Shown piece after piece: positions 11,258-22,490 of a DNA stretch of 33,000 nt. This stretch comes from Dicyema japonicum (Eukaryota; Animalia; Dicyemida): assembly GCA_011109175.1 (NCBI GenBank), contig RDEW01000001.1, forward strand, positions 1,719,360 through 1,752,359, written 5' to 3'. A program made the translations under genes and the position numbers. Position 1 is the first letter of the stretch; each line of letters opens with the position of its first letter. The notes under the pieces were generated by a model. The model searched no databases. It was not told where the DNA came from and saw nothing but the letters and a program-made list of their open reading frames with translations.

Positions 11258-12354
11258 ATGAATAATTTTAAAGTTATTAAACCATACGGATCTGAGTGTA
11301 CTGGCAGGTGCTGTGATTGCTCAGTCTTAGTTTAATGGATTCTGTCCAATGCGTCGATGTTAAGCAGAATGAACTTGAGAGGAAACTACAGGTGGAGGAA
11401 TCAAAGCTTCTCCTGATGAAACAAGTCCGTCAACACCAGCGAACCCATTCCTTCAAGGTATCCCGTCAAATAACTTTGAGAAACCCAAGTTTAAGCTCAC
11501 TAAGACTCCAATGTCCCCAAAACTCAAAAGATCAAGGAAATCACTACCAAGAAGACGAAAAGCGATCACTCCAAGCATTCCTTGAAGTATCACGAGGGGA
11601 AGAATAGCGGAATAATTTACGACGAAGCCACTTTTCAGGAAAAGAAGGAACTAACTGGAAAAATCAACGATCAACTCTACAAATTGCCAAAGCTGGTGAT
11701 TCCGGATGTCAATGGAATCAGTTTTCTTCCTACCCTGGACGGCAACGACTACCTCGAATCCCTGGCCATAGCTCACATCAAGCAAGTCCTGACCAAACAC
11801 AAGCCTCCCAACGTTAAACCCTTATTCCCTCGCAATTCTCCCTTGAAGGAGTGCCCCACTTGCCCCAAATGTGGTATGACCCGTGTGAAAGGCTGGAAGA
11901 TGTGGAAGGACCTCAAATTGTGCATAAAATGTTATGTGATCAGTACTAAGGAGACCTCCAAGCTTAATTATAACTCGAATCTTGTCCCCAAACTGACGAA
12001 ATATCTATTTTGGAGACCAAACTGAACTCTGTTGATAAACCACTTCCTCAACTCCCTAAGGCTGAAGAAGTCCCTCCTAAAGCGGCCCCACCGTCCACCC
12101 AACCCGCTATTCCCATAGACTTTGACAAGGCAATGCAGCAATACTTTTCCATAATGAATGACCCGATCTTCATCCAGAATTTCATGGCCAACTATTTTGG
12201 GGCGAATGCTATGAATATGCCGGGTTTTCAGTACCCTCCAATGGGGAACTCTGCTCCTCCGCAGCTGACCCCACAGCAGTCACTGATAGCCAATCAAAGT
12301 CACTTTGAATTCATTCAGAAGATGTTCAGTCAAATTAAACCCAATGGGACTTGA
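11258..12354 (+). CDS. GATAD2: NuRD subunit p66/GATAD2-like (CR1 coiled coil plus CR2 GATA-type zinc finger)
   Basis: CR1 LERKLQVEESKLLLMKQVRQHQ; CR2 KINDQLYKLP...ISFLPT and CPKC...CIKC. Introns 11308-11330 (23) and 11984-12015 (32). One further +1 frame change between 11458 and 11640 is unresolved. Confidence 0.8.
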
Positions 12355-12449
12355 GTTACTCGCAATTAACTTGTAAAACGTTGTGTAACTTTATATTTAA
12401 GTATTCTTTCTTTTTAAGATAGTTTATTTGTACCCCCACTTTTAATGGT

Positions 12450-13050
12450 AGACGATGTAACTTTTTTGTGTGTTTGAGGTCTTGGGGTTACTGTTTGACT
12501 GTCCAGTGAAGTTTAGGATGTGGTTTTGTAGGTGCTAATTCTCTGCGAGGACCTTATGACTGGTTGATGCATGAAGTCTTCCTGCATCCACCATTAAGAA
12601 TTTTTGATTCGGGGGTTGTTAAGGAATCTATTCAGAAGCTCGTAGATGGGGGTTGTTCGGATATTGTGGTTAACTTGTCGGTTTCATAGGAATTACTGCG
12701 GGTAAATGTTTGAGATTTCTTTGACTCTGTCTCCCATGTATTTTGGGAGTTGTTTCACGAGTTTTAATTCTTATAAAACGTAAACTTGATTCGTTGGGTG
12801 GTAGATACGATTCTGCATAGCTGAGGTTCCTCCGTTTCGCAGTGATGACTATGGAGAACTCACTAGTTGTTTCCCGTAACCTGAGGATCCATTTGTGACT
12901 ACTCCCAGTATAAAATTCGTATGATCATAATAATCAAGGCTAACAAGGATTGATTTGATTTTCTATCAATCATGACTAATATTCCTCTTGTGACGTTTAA
13001 CCAGCTATTCCAGGCCATTCCGGAGTGCTTCGAGGCTCATTATGTCAATT
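12450..13050 (-). mobile_element. Highly degraded LINE APE endonuclease remnant
   Basis: Scattered motifs GILVMIDRK, SYLPPN and IKILNGG on the minus strand, with many stops. Confidence 0.35.
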
Positions 13051-13229
13051 TCCCTATTTCATTTTCCAGCGGTGGGTGAGGTGAGTCGTAATTGTCAATG
13101 AAGATTTTGAAATTTTTTAATCGCCTCGTTTGCACAAGACCTTAATTAAAATGACTAATCGATTACTATTGACTGTTACAGCTTAATTTTTTATTCGATA
13201 ACTTGAAATTTGTATGATGGTGGATGTAG

Positions 13230-14450
13230 GGGTGTTTTATATATCTTTGTCTGGGCCACCGGGACTCGACGTGAAAGCGAAGATCTCTGGAGAGAGGAGC
13301 GACCTGAATTGGCAGCGCTTCCTAATGGTCACCAGGTTCCTACGTGTAAAGAAGCTGGAGTTGACAATTTAAGTTGAGACTGCATCTCTGATCCACAAGC
13401 TGTACAGGAACATCTTCGCATACTCAAACATCAGCTTTATCGATTCTGTAGCTGGAAGTGACTTTCTCATTCCAAAACATATAGTGGGTTCTTGTCGATG
13501 GGGGAAGCATTTTAATCAACTCTACTAGGTTCCCATTGACCATATTTGTGGCGTTGAAATTTCCAAAACTATTGTTTGCACCAAAATTGTTCGCTTCAGA
13601 AAACCATATGGTGGGATCCTGCTGATTGCTGTTGGATTCGTATTCAGACGTCTATCGTCGAGAATTGTTGCCAAAGCAGTCTTTGACGTCCCAAGTCCTG
13701 AGCTGAACCCAATTCAGATAGTGGCTGGGACTCCGCGCGAGGCCGTTACTAATTTGCCCCGTGAGCCAGTCCACCTGACGCTTAGGGCGTAATCTTGGTT
13801 GGGATTCCCCACACATTTAATAGCATTCTTCATGATTCCCTAATTGAGGTTTGCCTTATCGGGACCACAAAAATCTGAAGAATTATAAGTTTCTTGTATG
13901 GACAACCTTCCACACTGATCTTCGCAAGCATACTCTCAAGTCCAAGACCGGGTGCAACAAGTAGTCCTACTAAAATCTTTTCATTCCAATGATGCCATCA
14001 TTGATGGAGGTTGTAAAGCTAGACGGCCGAGGTCGAGTACACACTCTCCTCCATCACGGCACTGGAATAAAGCCAAATCTTTCCAAATACGAGATCATAA
14101 ACGTTGCAAGCTTGAAGAACGATGTGACACACATACTGCACTTTTCTTCATACGGAGCCTCCACCCTCCCTACTCACTACGGAAATCCGTGTTTTATGAG
14201 TATGGATTTTTGGAAGACCATCGACGCTGACTGAGGTCATCTAGTGAGAAATTATTGAACACATATTATCATGCTCCACCTTATTTTGGAGGTATCAGTA
14301 TCCGTTCGCTTCTTAAACTGACCCTCTCGCCTTTCCTCTCTTCGATCAACGCTGTTAGCGGACTTGTACACAAGGTCATACACCACTCACACAGATCCGA
14401 TTCCTGCCACTAACAAGTGTTGCTCAAGAAATGCGGACACTGCCAAACAT
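13230..14450 (+). mobile_element. Degenerate CRE-clade reverse transcriptase
   Basis: KPYGGILLIAVGFVFRRLSSRI...PIQ, FNSILH, RVQQ, and PPYFGGISIRSLLKLTLSPFLSS (equivalent to the LPVRLRGLGIR motif at about 2600). Confidence 0.8.
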
Positions 14451-14699
14451 TGGATGATCTTTAAATAAACGTCGACTAACATACCGAGCAGTGAGCGGCT
14501 CAGGGCTGTGAATCAATCCTTGCATGAGCTACCGGTGTAGATATGGGAAAGGAGATGACGTCATCTCTTCCGACGGAGTGTTAGAAAGAGCACGGACCTC
14601 ATGGCGACAGCCGCTCATCCATGATCGGTCACAGCAAGAGTCTATCTAACCTTAGGAGGGCAGTTCGTTTTCAAATCAATTGCCGAAACCTCAGAGACT

Positions 14700-15520
14700 C
14701 TAGGACCCAAATAATTTTCTTTCCTATCGTTGGTATCAAAAAGTAGAGAGGACACCAAAGAAAAGAGATAGCCGATTCAACAAATTTTCTAAAAGGAGAT
14801 GCGCTCTCAATCATGATCCCGTCTACTAGACGCTCTAACCTCCCTCGTTTAAAAATTAGACCCCTTAGACTATAAAGATTTCCTGCCCTTTAGTGTTCTA
14901 TTCACACGCCTCAGATCCTCATAAAGAACTTTTGGAAGTCTTATACATGGATTTTGATGAGATCTTTCCCCAGACCCTGGAATATAATCCCCTTCAGTTA
15001 TTTCAATTAAAGGAAATAGGCGGCTAACAGAAATTTAACAGCCAAAAACAGACGCTCTTAGAGATCAGTTAGGCGGATCTGTTGAAAATGGACAAGGACA
15101 AGAGGGGGTCTCGTGGTCGTCAACGATGCAGGAGGTGACAGCGACTCTAACTTCCGCGTTTCTATCAATGTTAGGTAGTAGACCTCCAGAAGCTTTAGAG
15201 ACCCAGTCGTGTATCATTTTGAACTTGGAAACAATTACAATATCATCAGTATATGAAAGGAGTAGTGTATTCGGGTTAGACGGCAAGCTTGACAGTTGCA
15301 GGTGAATAAGTGGGAGAGATCCGATACAGGGGAAACATTATCAGGTATCCCCTGGTTTTCTATAGAATACTTGGTAGTGGTTATAGGGCGAGTACCAACC
15401 CACCATTCCAGATTTCTCCGAAGTTGTCTCCATAACGGCGTGCTGGGTCCATTCTCAGAATGTGGCCAAACATATTCCACAGTACCTCAAGGACCAGTCT
15501 TAGGGGGACCGTCTTATATT
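14700..15520 (-). mobile_element. Degenerate I/Jockey-like LINE RT fragment
   Basis: QGIP...SP and LLSYTDDIVIV motifs (ORFs 15235-15480 and 15065-15286). Confidence 0.65.
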
Positions 15521-15536
15521 ATTTTTTTTATTTTAT

Positions 15537-15800
15537 TTATTTATTAACCCCAGGCTTACAATCTTTGGTTAGCCCAGCACAGTCATAACTAATTAATCCA
15601 AGGAAGGAACCCAAGGGAGAACGTCTGCTGGTGCCGACCAAATCCATCCTCCAATAGTCCAATACAGGCTTCGCTTCCGAAAAGAGGAGGAAACCTGGAT
15701 CCGCCCTCTTCCATTTCCGTGGCACGTCCCACCGTCGCAAACATGACTTAATTCTTTAACGGAAGAGTTTTCATAATTGAAAATCTTCAAGTGGATTTGG
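15537..15800 (-). mobile_element. LINE 3' end, family A-like (divergent)
   Basis: Ends TAATTAGTT...CCTGGGGTTAATAAATAAATAAAT. Confidence 0.5.
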
Positions 15801-15926
15801 CCAGAGACCGTTTAACGAGTAAAACCTCTTCATGTGGATTTTATGTGTATTTAATTTTACGTCATAGACATTTATATAATAAAATTTAAATTGCAAAATT
15901 ATTAAAAATTTATTATCAGTGACGTG

Positions 15927-16862
15927 ATGATATTCTTATTATTGTTTGGACTTTTAGCCGTCACTGTTTATGCTGTTTATCTCATATTCGGTAGCCTTGG
16001 CAAGCCTAAAAAACTGCTTAAGGACTCTTCGGTCAAGCATTCAGTGAAGATAATAGACAAGGAGGTTGAACTATGATATGGATTGCTAGGTTGTCTCTCA
16101 CGACACGATTCTCATTAAATTTGCCCTTCCAACAGATAAACACATAATTGGTCTTCCGGTGGGGAATTGTATCAAGGTGGAGGCCCAGATTAACGGAGAG
16201 GTCGTCCAAAGACAGTACACTCCAGTTTCCCACGTGAAAGTATCCGGGTCCTTTGATCTTCTCGTGAAAGTTTACAGGGCCAATGTTCACCCAAAATTTC
16301 CCGAAGGCGGAAAAATGACCCAATTTCTTGACATGTCCTCCATTGGGGATCATTTGACAATTCACGGCCCCTACGGAAACCTGGAATATCTTGGAAATGG
16401 CGATTTTCGCCGAAGAAACGGTGGTCCGACAGAAAAGTTTAGCAAAGTTCTTATGATCGCTGGGGGAAGTGGAATAACTCCAATGGCCCAGATTTTGCAG
16501 AGTTCCTTTACAGACATGGCTGATAGCACTAAATTCTGTCTCTTATACGCCAATAAAGTATAGTTTGGGGGAGATTTAAGACTGTGGAAGACATTCTTAT
16601 GAAGGACATCTTGGACAACTACGAGAGCAACCTTCCATGGAGATTTCGGCTTACATACACGGTGGATGAGCTAAAGGAGGAGGATTGCAGTTACTCTGGT
16701 CACACAGGATTTATTACAGCGGATATGATCAAGGACTGCTGTCCTAACACGGCGGAGGATGTTTTAGTTCTGATCTGTGGGCCTCCTCCCATGATTAATT
16801 ATGCATGCATACCTGCACTTAAGAGTTTGGGGGTTAAAACTAAATTAATTTACATTTTTTGA
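15927..16862 (+). CDS. CYB5R: NADH-cytochrome b5 reductase with N-terminal membrane anchor, 295 aa, 2 micro-introns
   Basis: Introns 16065-16089 (25) and 16558-16580 (23); exons 138+468+282 nt. Motifs GLPVGN, RQYTP, FPEGGKMTQFL, GPYG, IAGGSGITPM, LYANK, CGPPPMI. Confidence 0.95.
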
Positions 16863-17129
16863 TTTTGGCTTTATTAATTGATTTTTGTTTAAAATTGGAA
16901 TTTTATTTTAAGAATTTGTCATTTTTATATAATCGCATTATTTTATTAAGCTGTGGCTCGTGACAATACCATCGGACGAAGATGACGTCTCTGGTGGAGC
17001 CTGTCGGGTTACCATGGTCTTTGGAATTTTTATTCATTCAGTTTGATAACTAGGTGATGTGAGACGTCATTGTTGCCTTGCTCGATCTCCGTTATTTCAG
17101 AGGCTTTCCTCTCTTTTCCGTGATATTAT

Positions 17130-17400
17130 AGCCTTGTGGTGGGTGATGTCAATCGATGTCAGATTATTTTTTACTACAAGTCCCTTCAGTTAAAGAAAAC
17201 AGTGAACACAAAAACGGATGCTCTAGGAGATCAGTTAATTGGATCTGGTGCGGAGGTGAAATTGAGGAAGGCTATAGACAAGAGAAGCGGTGGTCATCAA
17301 GGCGACAGGACAAGCACGAAATGAATCGGAAGTAAGTTGAGCTGATTATTCTGAACACACATAAAGAATATGGAACGACTCCATGGGGCCTTTGTGGAGC
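17130..17400 (-). mobile_element. Degraded LINE fragment related to 15040-15140
   Basis: AAAAACGGATGCTCTAGGAGATCAGTTAATTGGATCTG (about 17210) versus AAAAACAGACGCTCTTAGAGATCAGTTAGGCGGATCTG (about 15045). Confidence 0.4.
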
Positions 17401-17849
17401 AAATTATCTGATTTGTCTCCACCTTGGGCCATAGTTCCCGAATTTGAGACAGGCGAGATCAAACTTGTATAAGATCTACCGAATCGCTGATATTCAGGGG
17501 AGATGGTCATTTTCTGACACTTTCGGTCTCCAAAACATTACGGTTGATTATTTTTCACATTTTCCAGTTCATTTCAGTTAAGAACTCGGGATTTTTAGTC
17601 CGGGAATATTGAGAACACGTGGCCGGAACGTGGAAGAAATTTATTTGAATGAGACAGTAACTCTTCCAGAATATTTGTCTCGTTAACTCCCATTATATTT
17701 CTCAGGCATTCTTAGTTAAATCAAGTAATTACTCCAGTAGGGGTTGTTCTCGATGTGGGTCACTTCCCAAGGAGAAGAAGGGGTGTTATTTCTCACAAAG
17801 ACAAAGAACCTTTCCCTATTGGTGGTTTTCTGGCTGTATTGGGCTGGCA

Positions 17850-18100
17850 CTAAGCCACGTACTTAAAACGTAGCGGATGGTTGCGGTGGAGATGTACCTC
17901 TTTGACAAATGTCTTCACCCCCTCAACATGGATCTGACCTCTCGTTCCCATTTCTCGTGTCGATGGACTCAAGAGGCATGAATATACGAAGTTTCAGAAC
18001 GAATCAGTGTCAGATGCCCTCTGTTCGAATTACGTTGGTCCAAAACTTGGAGGGAGTGGACAAGTCTACCTTGAGGGGGAACAGGAAAACTATTAGTTAA
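17850..18100 (+). repeat. Family B dispersed repeat (probable LINE 3' region), copy 2
   Basis: Similar to 5640-5810; preceded by YLKRSGW..C, resembling the lead-in to a LINE zinc knuckle. Confidence 0.55.
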
Positions 18101-18162
18101 ATTATTAACTCCCGAACTTTCTTAATGTTTAAAATCAAAATTTATTCAAATCAAACGATTGT

Positions 18163-19231
18163 TCATTCTTTTCTGGTGTGTGCGTAATTCTACTTTAATC
18201 ACTCAACTACCACAACAATCGGTTTTCCTTTGAGGATCAGTCCGTTAGTTTGGTCCTTGGCTTTCCCGGCCAATTCCACAGTCCCGAATGTGACAAATGC
18301 CTGACTCCTCATCCGACCACGTCCTGGACCCTGCACGGTGAATTCTTTATCCTCCTGACTTCCACAGCCTCCGAACACCAATCTTAAATCCTCAAGTGAT
18401 TAATTCATCCAAACTTCCTCCGTCACTGACTTTGATAAGTTTTTCAGATATAATTTGCAACTTGGGGGCAGAGGAGGAACAGCTTCCTTGAAAAGATGAC
18501 TTTGTCTTCTCTCTTCCGTTATAATATTCAAGACTACCCTCCAATGAAAGTCTTCCTTCCACGATGCCTCCAAACGCTGGTTCCGCGAACGGATCCCCCT
18601 CAACTACTAGAAAATTCATATATTCCTCAATATTACGTGGAATAGATCCCAAAATGATCTGTCTCTTAGCTTTTGGGGCACTGCAGATGTCTTCATCTGC
18701 GGTCTCGTCCTTTGCTGATAGTTCGGAACAGCTTTCTTCGAATGGAGGTGGTATTTTCATTTTATTCATGAGGTGGCAAACCTAAAAGTAAATAAAATGT
18801 TAAACCTGAACGTAAAATGTTGGATTTTTCTTCAAAGCGTCGATGATATTATTTGCGGTGATATCCGTAATCGGGGGATATTTGTACACAAAACGACTCT
18901 TTCTACCAATTGCTGACTCAATGCAACCGGTCTTCTTTGTAGAAATTGTTGTGTCGATCCCTGGCGAACTCTGCAGAGAGAGTTGAGCCAAAGAGTACTG
19001 TTTGATGCAGTTTGTGTAAAGCAATGTTAGCTAATTCTGGGTTAGTAAACGAAGCAAATGCACAGTTTTTCTGATATTATACTAAAGTAGTACCAATCGA
19101 CCGGCTACACAGCTCATGAGTCGAACGTCCACTGCCCCGAAATATTCAAGAAAATCAATTCGCTCTTCGTTTGTCATTTTGGAAGGAAGATTTTTTATAA
19201 GTAAAACATTGCGACTTTCAACATCCACCAT
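18163..19231 (-). CDS. RNPC3: U11/U12 snRNP 65-kDa protein (two RRMs), 308 aa, 6 micro-introns
   Basis: Introns 19071-19093 (23), 18903-18927 (25), 18782-18805 (24), 18513-18537 (25), 18391-18414 (24), 18190-18210 (21) give 927 nt. RRM1 VLLIKNLP...YFGA...AFASF; diagnostic YKYPP...FYVQVCHLMNKM; RRM2 KLYLKNL...GRMRSQAFVTF...KPIVV. Confidence 0.92.
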
Positions 19232-19699
19232 ATTTTTTAAATTAATAAAATTATTAATTTTTTTAAATTAATTATTTTTGCTAACTCTATTTGTGGTCTG
19301 CAAAGATGGCTTCATTTATCCCATATTTCATGTTAAGAAAGTGGAAATATTACCCACGTGCATTTGCTAGTGATGTGCGCGTGTAAGAGCTCGTGGTTTC
19401 TTGGGGAGAACACCTGATGAAAATGAGGGTACTAGAGGAGTTACCCAATGTTTTGTCCTAATAAATAGTGGTGATCCGTGGTATTTAATGAATATTTTTA
19501 TAAACTAAGAAAGTGCCGGATGCGTTAAGGCTTACAGTTTTCTGCTTGCAGAATTCGCATTTAACATTTGTACTTTAATTAACTTAAATAGTACATTTCG
19601 AACAAAAACTCTAAATTTATTCAAAAAAATTTTTTAGTGACAAATCAGGTTCAGCTGCTAAGAGAGTAGAATTTGCCGCCAATGGCAAATCTACCAGAA

Positions 19700-19790
19700 T
19701 GGTAGATGACGGGATTCACTTCCCCCACTCCGTTGGAAGTATTCCCACGACAGTATGATGGTTAACGTGATTCTACCGTGGAATCTCCAT
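19700..19790 (+). mobile_element. Family A LINE remnant (internal part)
   Basis: A CCCCACTCCGTTGGA...CCCACGACAGTATG segment parallels 21940-21985 on the minus strand. Confidence 0.4.
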
Positions 19791-20465
19791 TGGGTTTCCA
19801 CATAAGAAGTAATCAACGACACAAGAGAACAACAAAAAACACGACATTCAGACGTTTGGAGATGCTGAAACAAATATTCTATTTTCCCGATGAGAAACGC
19901 CCGGTCCGCGGATGATTGAACTACTTCTTCCATCAGACACCTTATTTATTGAAAACTCACAAAAATCGATTACCATTTCAGTCCACCAAAAAAGTCTCAC
20001 GAACGTAAACTTGAAGACCAAGAAGGGAGCCAAGCTAGCTTACTCGTTCGCTTCGGCAGTGTGGGAATGCATTCCCCCAAGGATTTAAGACGCCGTGCAT
20101 ACCACTCTCCCTTGAGATCCAATCAGGGACCCGTCAATATACGGAGGTGGGATTTTCCAGAGTGTTCTTTGGGGATCGGTGAATGTTCTCCGTATGTGTC
20201 AGGGTTAGTGGATTCAACCAATAAGATGTTGAGTGGTTAGTTCATACATTGTCCTAACGAATTGCTTGTATAATAACGTTAAGCACCGTTCGATTCTACA
20301 TTAACAAATAATATACAAAATATTTATAAAGATTTTAAATCCGTCACTTCGGTAAATTTAAATAAAAAAATTAAAAAAATAAATTAAATAATTTTATTTA
20401 AATTTCATTTTTTTATATTGGTTAACCTAAATTAATCCATTATTTGTACTTTATTTTATAATAAA

Positions 20466-21014
20466 ATGATTTACAACATTATTGTACTTTTTATATTCAC
20501 TAAATAAGAGTTTCTAATAATTATATTGATTAATTTGTACTAAATTAGAACATTATTTTACTGAACGCTGTTACTGATGGGCCGTGCACTGATAAACTGA
20601 GGGAACTTGGAATTCTGGACATGTGGGATGCTTTCTGTCAGGCAAGTGGTATTTTCAAGTCCATTCGTTGTGAGATTTTTACTTCCACGTGCTCTTGCGT
20701 CGATCCTCAAACGGGAAAAATATATTTGACGACAGAAAACATCACAAACGAGTTGCGACGAATTCATGAAAACGACGAAAAGTATTGGAGGTTCATCTGA
20801 AAATAACGTTGCGTCCGTGAAATCCTCGATTCCAACCAAATCACCTCATACACTGGCAAAGTCGGTTTGGGGGGAATACCTGCTGGACATGAACCGAGGA
20901 CTGAAACCTTGTAAGACCTCATATAACCATCTAGCAATAGTTTGTGGACCAATCATGATTGGATTGCTATTGATTTTGATGTTACTATTGACTTTAAAGT
21001 TTAAACACGAATAA
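20466..21014 (+). CDS. Thyroglobulin type-1 domain protein with probable signal peptide and C-terminal transmembrane helix
   Basis: Frame from 20549: GPC...FCQASGIFKSIRCEIFTSTCSCVDPQTG (C-x3-G-x-F-x3-RC...CxCVD-x3-G). Hydrophobic IVCGPIMIGLLLILMLLLTL before TAA at 21012. Needs a 65-nt first intron (20484-20548), a +1 frame change near 20730-20782 and probably a 24-nt intron (20911-20934). The exon model is uncertain. Confidence 0.6.
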
Positions 21015-21534
21015 AATTTCATTTCCTTGGGGACTAGACGTAATCAAAGTCATCTTGAGTCACGTGTTTGAGTGGTCATCACGTGGGTTCAATATTATAA
21101 AGTGGAGGGCATTTGTTTTAAAGTATTTTAGTAACTCCCTTACACACCGAAAAAAGGAAATAAGAAGCCTAAGTTCCACGCGATAAATTCTGTAAAAAAT
21201 CTTCAGGAGTGTTAGGACAAGACTTTCCTTAAGGGAATCTCAATTTGGGGATTTCTGAGGGAAGTTCCATGACAAATCTGAAGACTTTTACTGTAGCCGC
21301 TAAAAACATCCATCCTTTTGTTATGAAATTTAAAATTCCAAAAACCACGGTAAATCAACCTAACTAGTCACGTGGCCCTGATACGTTACAGCAAGAGTGA
21401 ATACATCACCAGGAAGAGGCATCATCTCCCAGTGGAGTGAATTGTTCTCTTTCGAGATGCATTGGGTGACCTCTGGGTGTCATCAGAACTCACAAAGCTA
21501 GTGGACCACATGACTGCACTAAATGCGAACAATC

Positions 21535-21735
21535 GCGCATAAACCCTGGGAGAAGGTCAAGAGTTAACTTAAGTCTAATTAGGGTATACACAGTCTCCAT
21601 GATTGGAGTAAAACACATCCTTTCCAAACACCACATCCATATCCGCCATTGTGAACCCCTCCAGTGGAGTAAAATAGAGAGAACCTTCTTGAATGGCGTC
21701 TTCAGAAACAGGCAGATCACATGGCGCCTCAGGAT
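21535..21735 (-). mobile_element. LINE 3' end, family A copy
   Basis: Similar to 6805-6925; tail TATACCCTAATTAGACTTAAGTTAAC...CCCAGGGTTTA. Confidence 0.65.
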
Positions 21736-21827
21736 TTTAAAAAGACACAGACAGTAAGAAATTCCCCGACAATGACGTAGGGAGCGTTATCTAACCAATC
21801 GAGGCACGAACGACAGCACTAACTACT

Positions 21828-22090
21828 ATTATTAACCCCGGATACACCGAGGAAAAGTTAACAACTAATTAAGTGTATCCAGTTCCCAATGTCACACAGG
21901 TCCATCAAGAACCACCATAAAGGGTAGAAACTCCGTCCCATACAGTTGTGAGAACAAATCCAATGAAGTGGGGAAGATCAAATCATCCTTTTACATCCCA
22001 CCCTGGTACTGGGTACCACCTGATACATGTGGATCACATGGCGATTCCTTCAATCAAGTAGCCACATGGCACCAAGAAGCCTCATTCAAA
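21828..22090 (-). mobile_element. LINE 3' end, family A copy
   Basis: PCGYLIEGIA/HVIHM zinc-knuckle remnant, ending GTGYT* then TTAGTTGTTAACTTTTCCTCGGTGTATCCGGGGTTAATAAT. Confidence 0.7.
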
Positions 22091-22490
22091 AACAAACGGG
22101 GGACAGCACTGACTACAATTAAATTTATTGAACCACAAAACAACGTCATAGACAGAATGAAAAAATCAGGTAATCCCGGCCTCCCTCAGCAGTCTTTGCA
22201 TGCTCGGACTTGAAAGAAGTGTCACCAGTGGGAACTGATTTAGATGGTTGTTGACTAAAGGTCCTTTGGATTTAATTTAGGATTAATCTGGCGCCATGGA
22301 GCCAAAGGGAAAAAAAGAAACAGCAGAAACAAAAAAAATCTTCAATTCAGGTAGCCATACACCGCATTACGTTGGTAAGCTACATAAACTAATTCTACCT
22401 AAACACGAATTAACGTTGAACATTCTAGTTTTTTTTAAATAATAATAAAATTATAAAAATAATAATTTAATTAACGTTAAATATTGACCC

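Noticed and set aside
11458-11480. GTATCCC donor in GATAD2 as a U12-type micro-intron
   Set aside because: It lacks the CCTT extension and branch box, and splicing this 23-nt segment leads to a stop at 11583.
20558-20952. Minus-strand ORFs 20558-20839 and 20764-20952
   Set aside because: They are shadows of the plus-strand thyroglobulin-domain gene and have no motifs.
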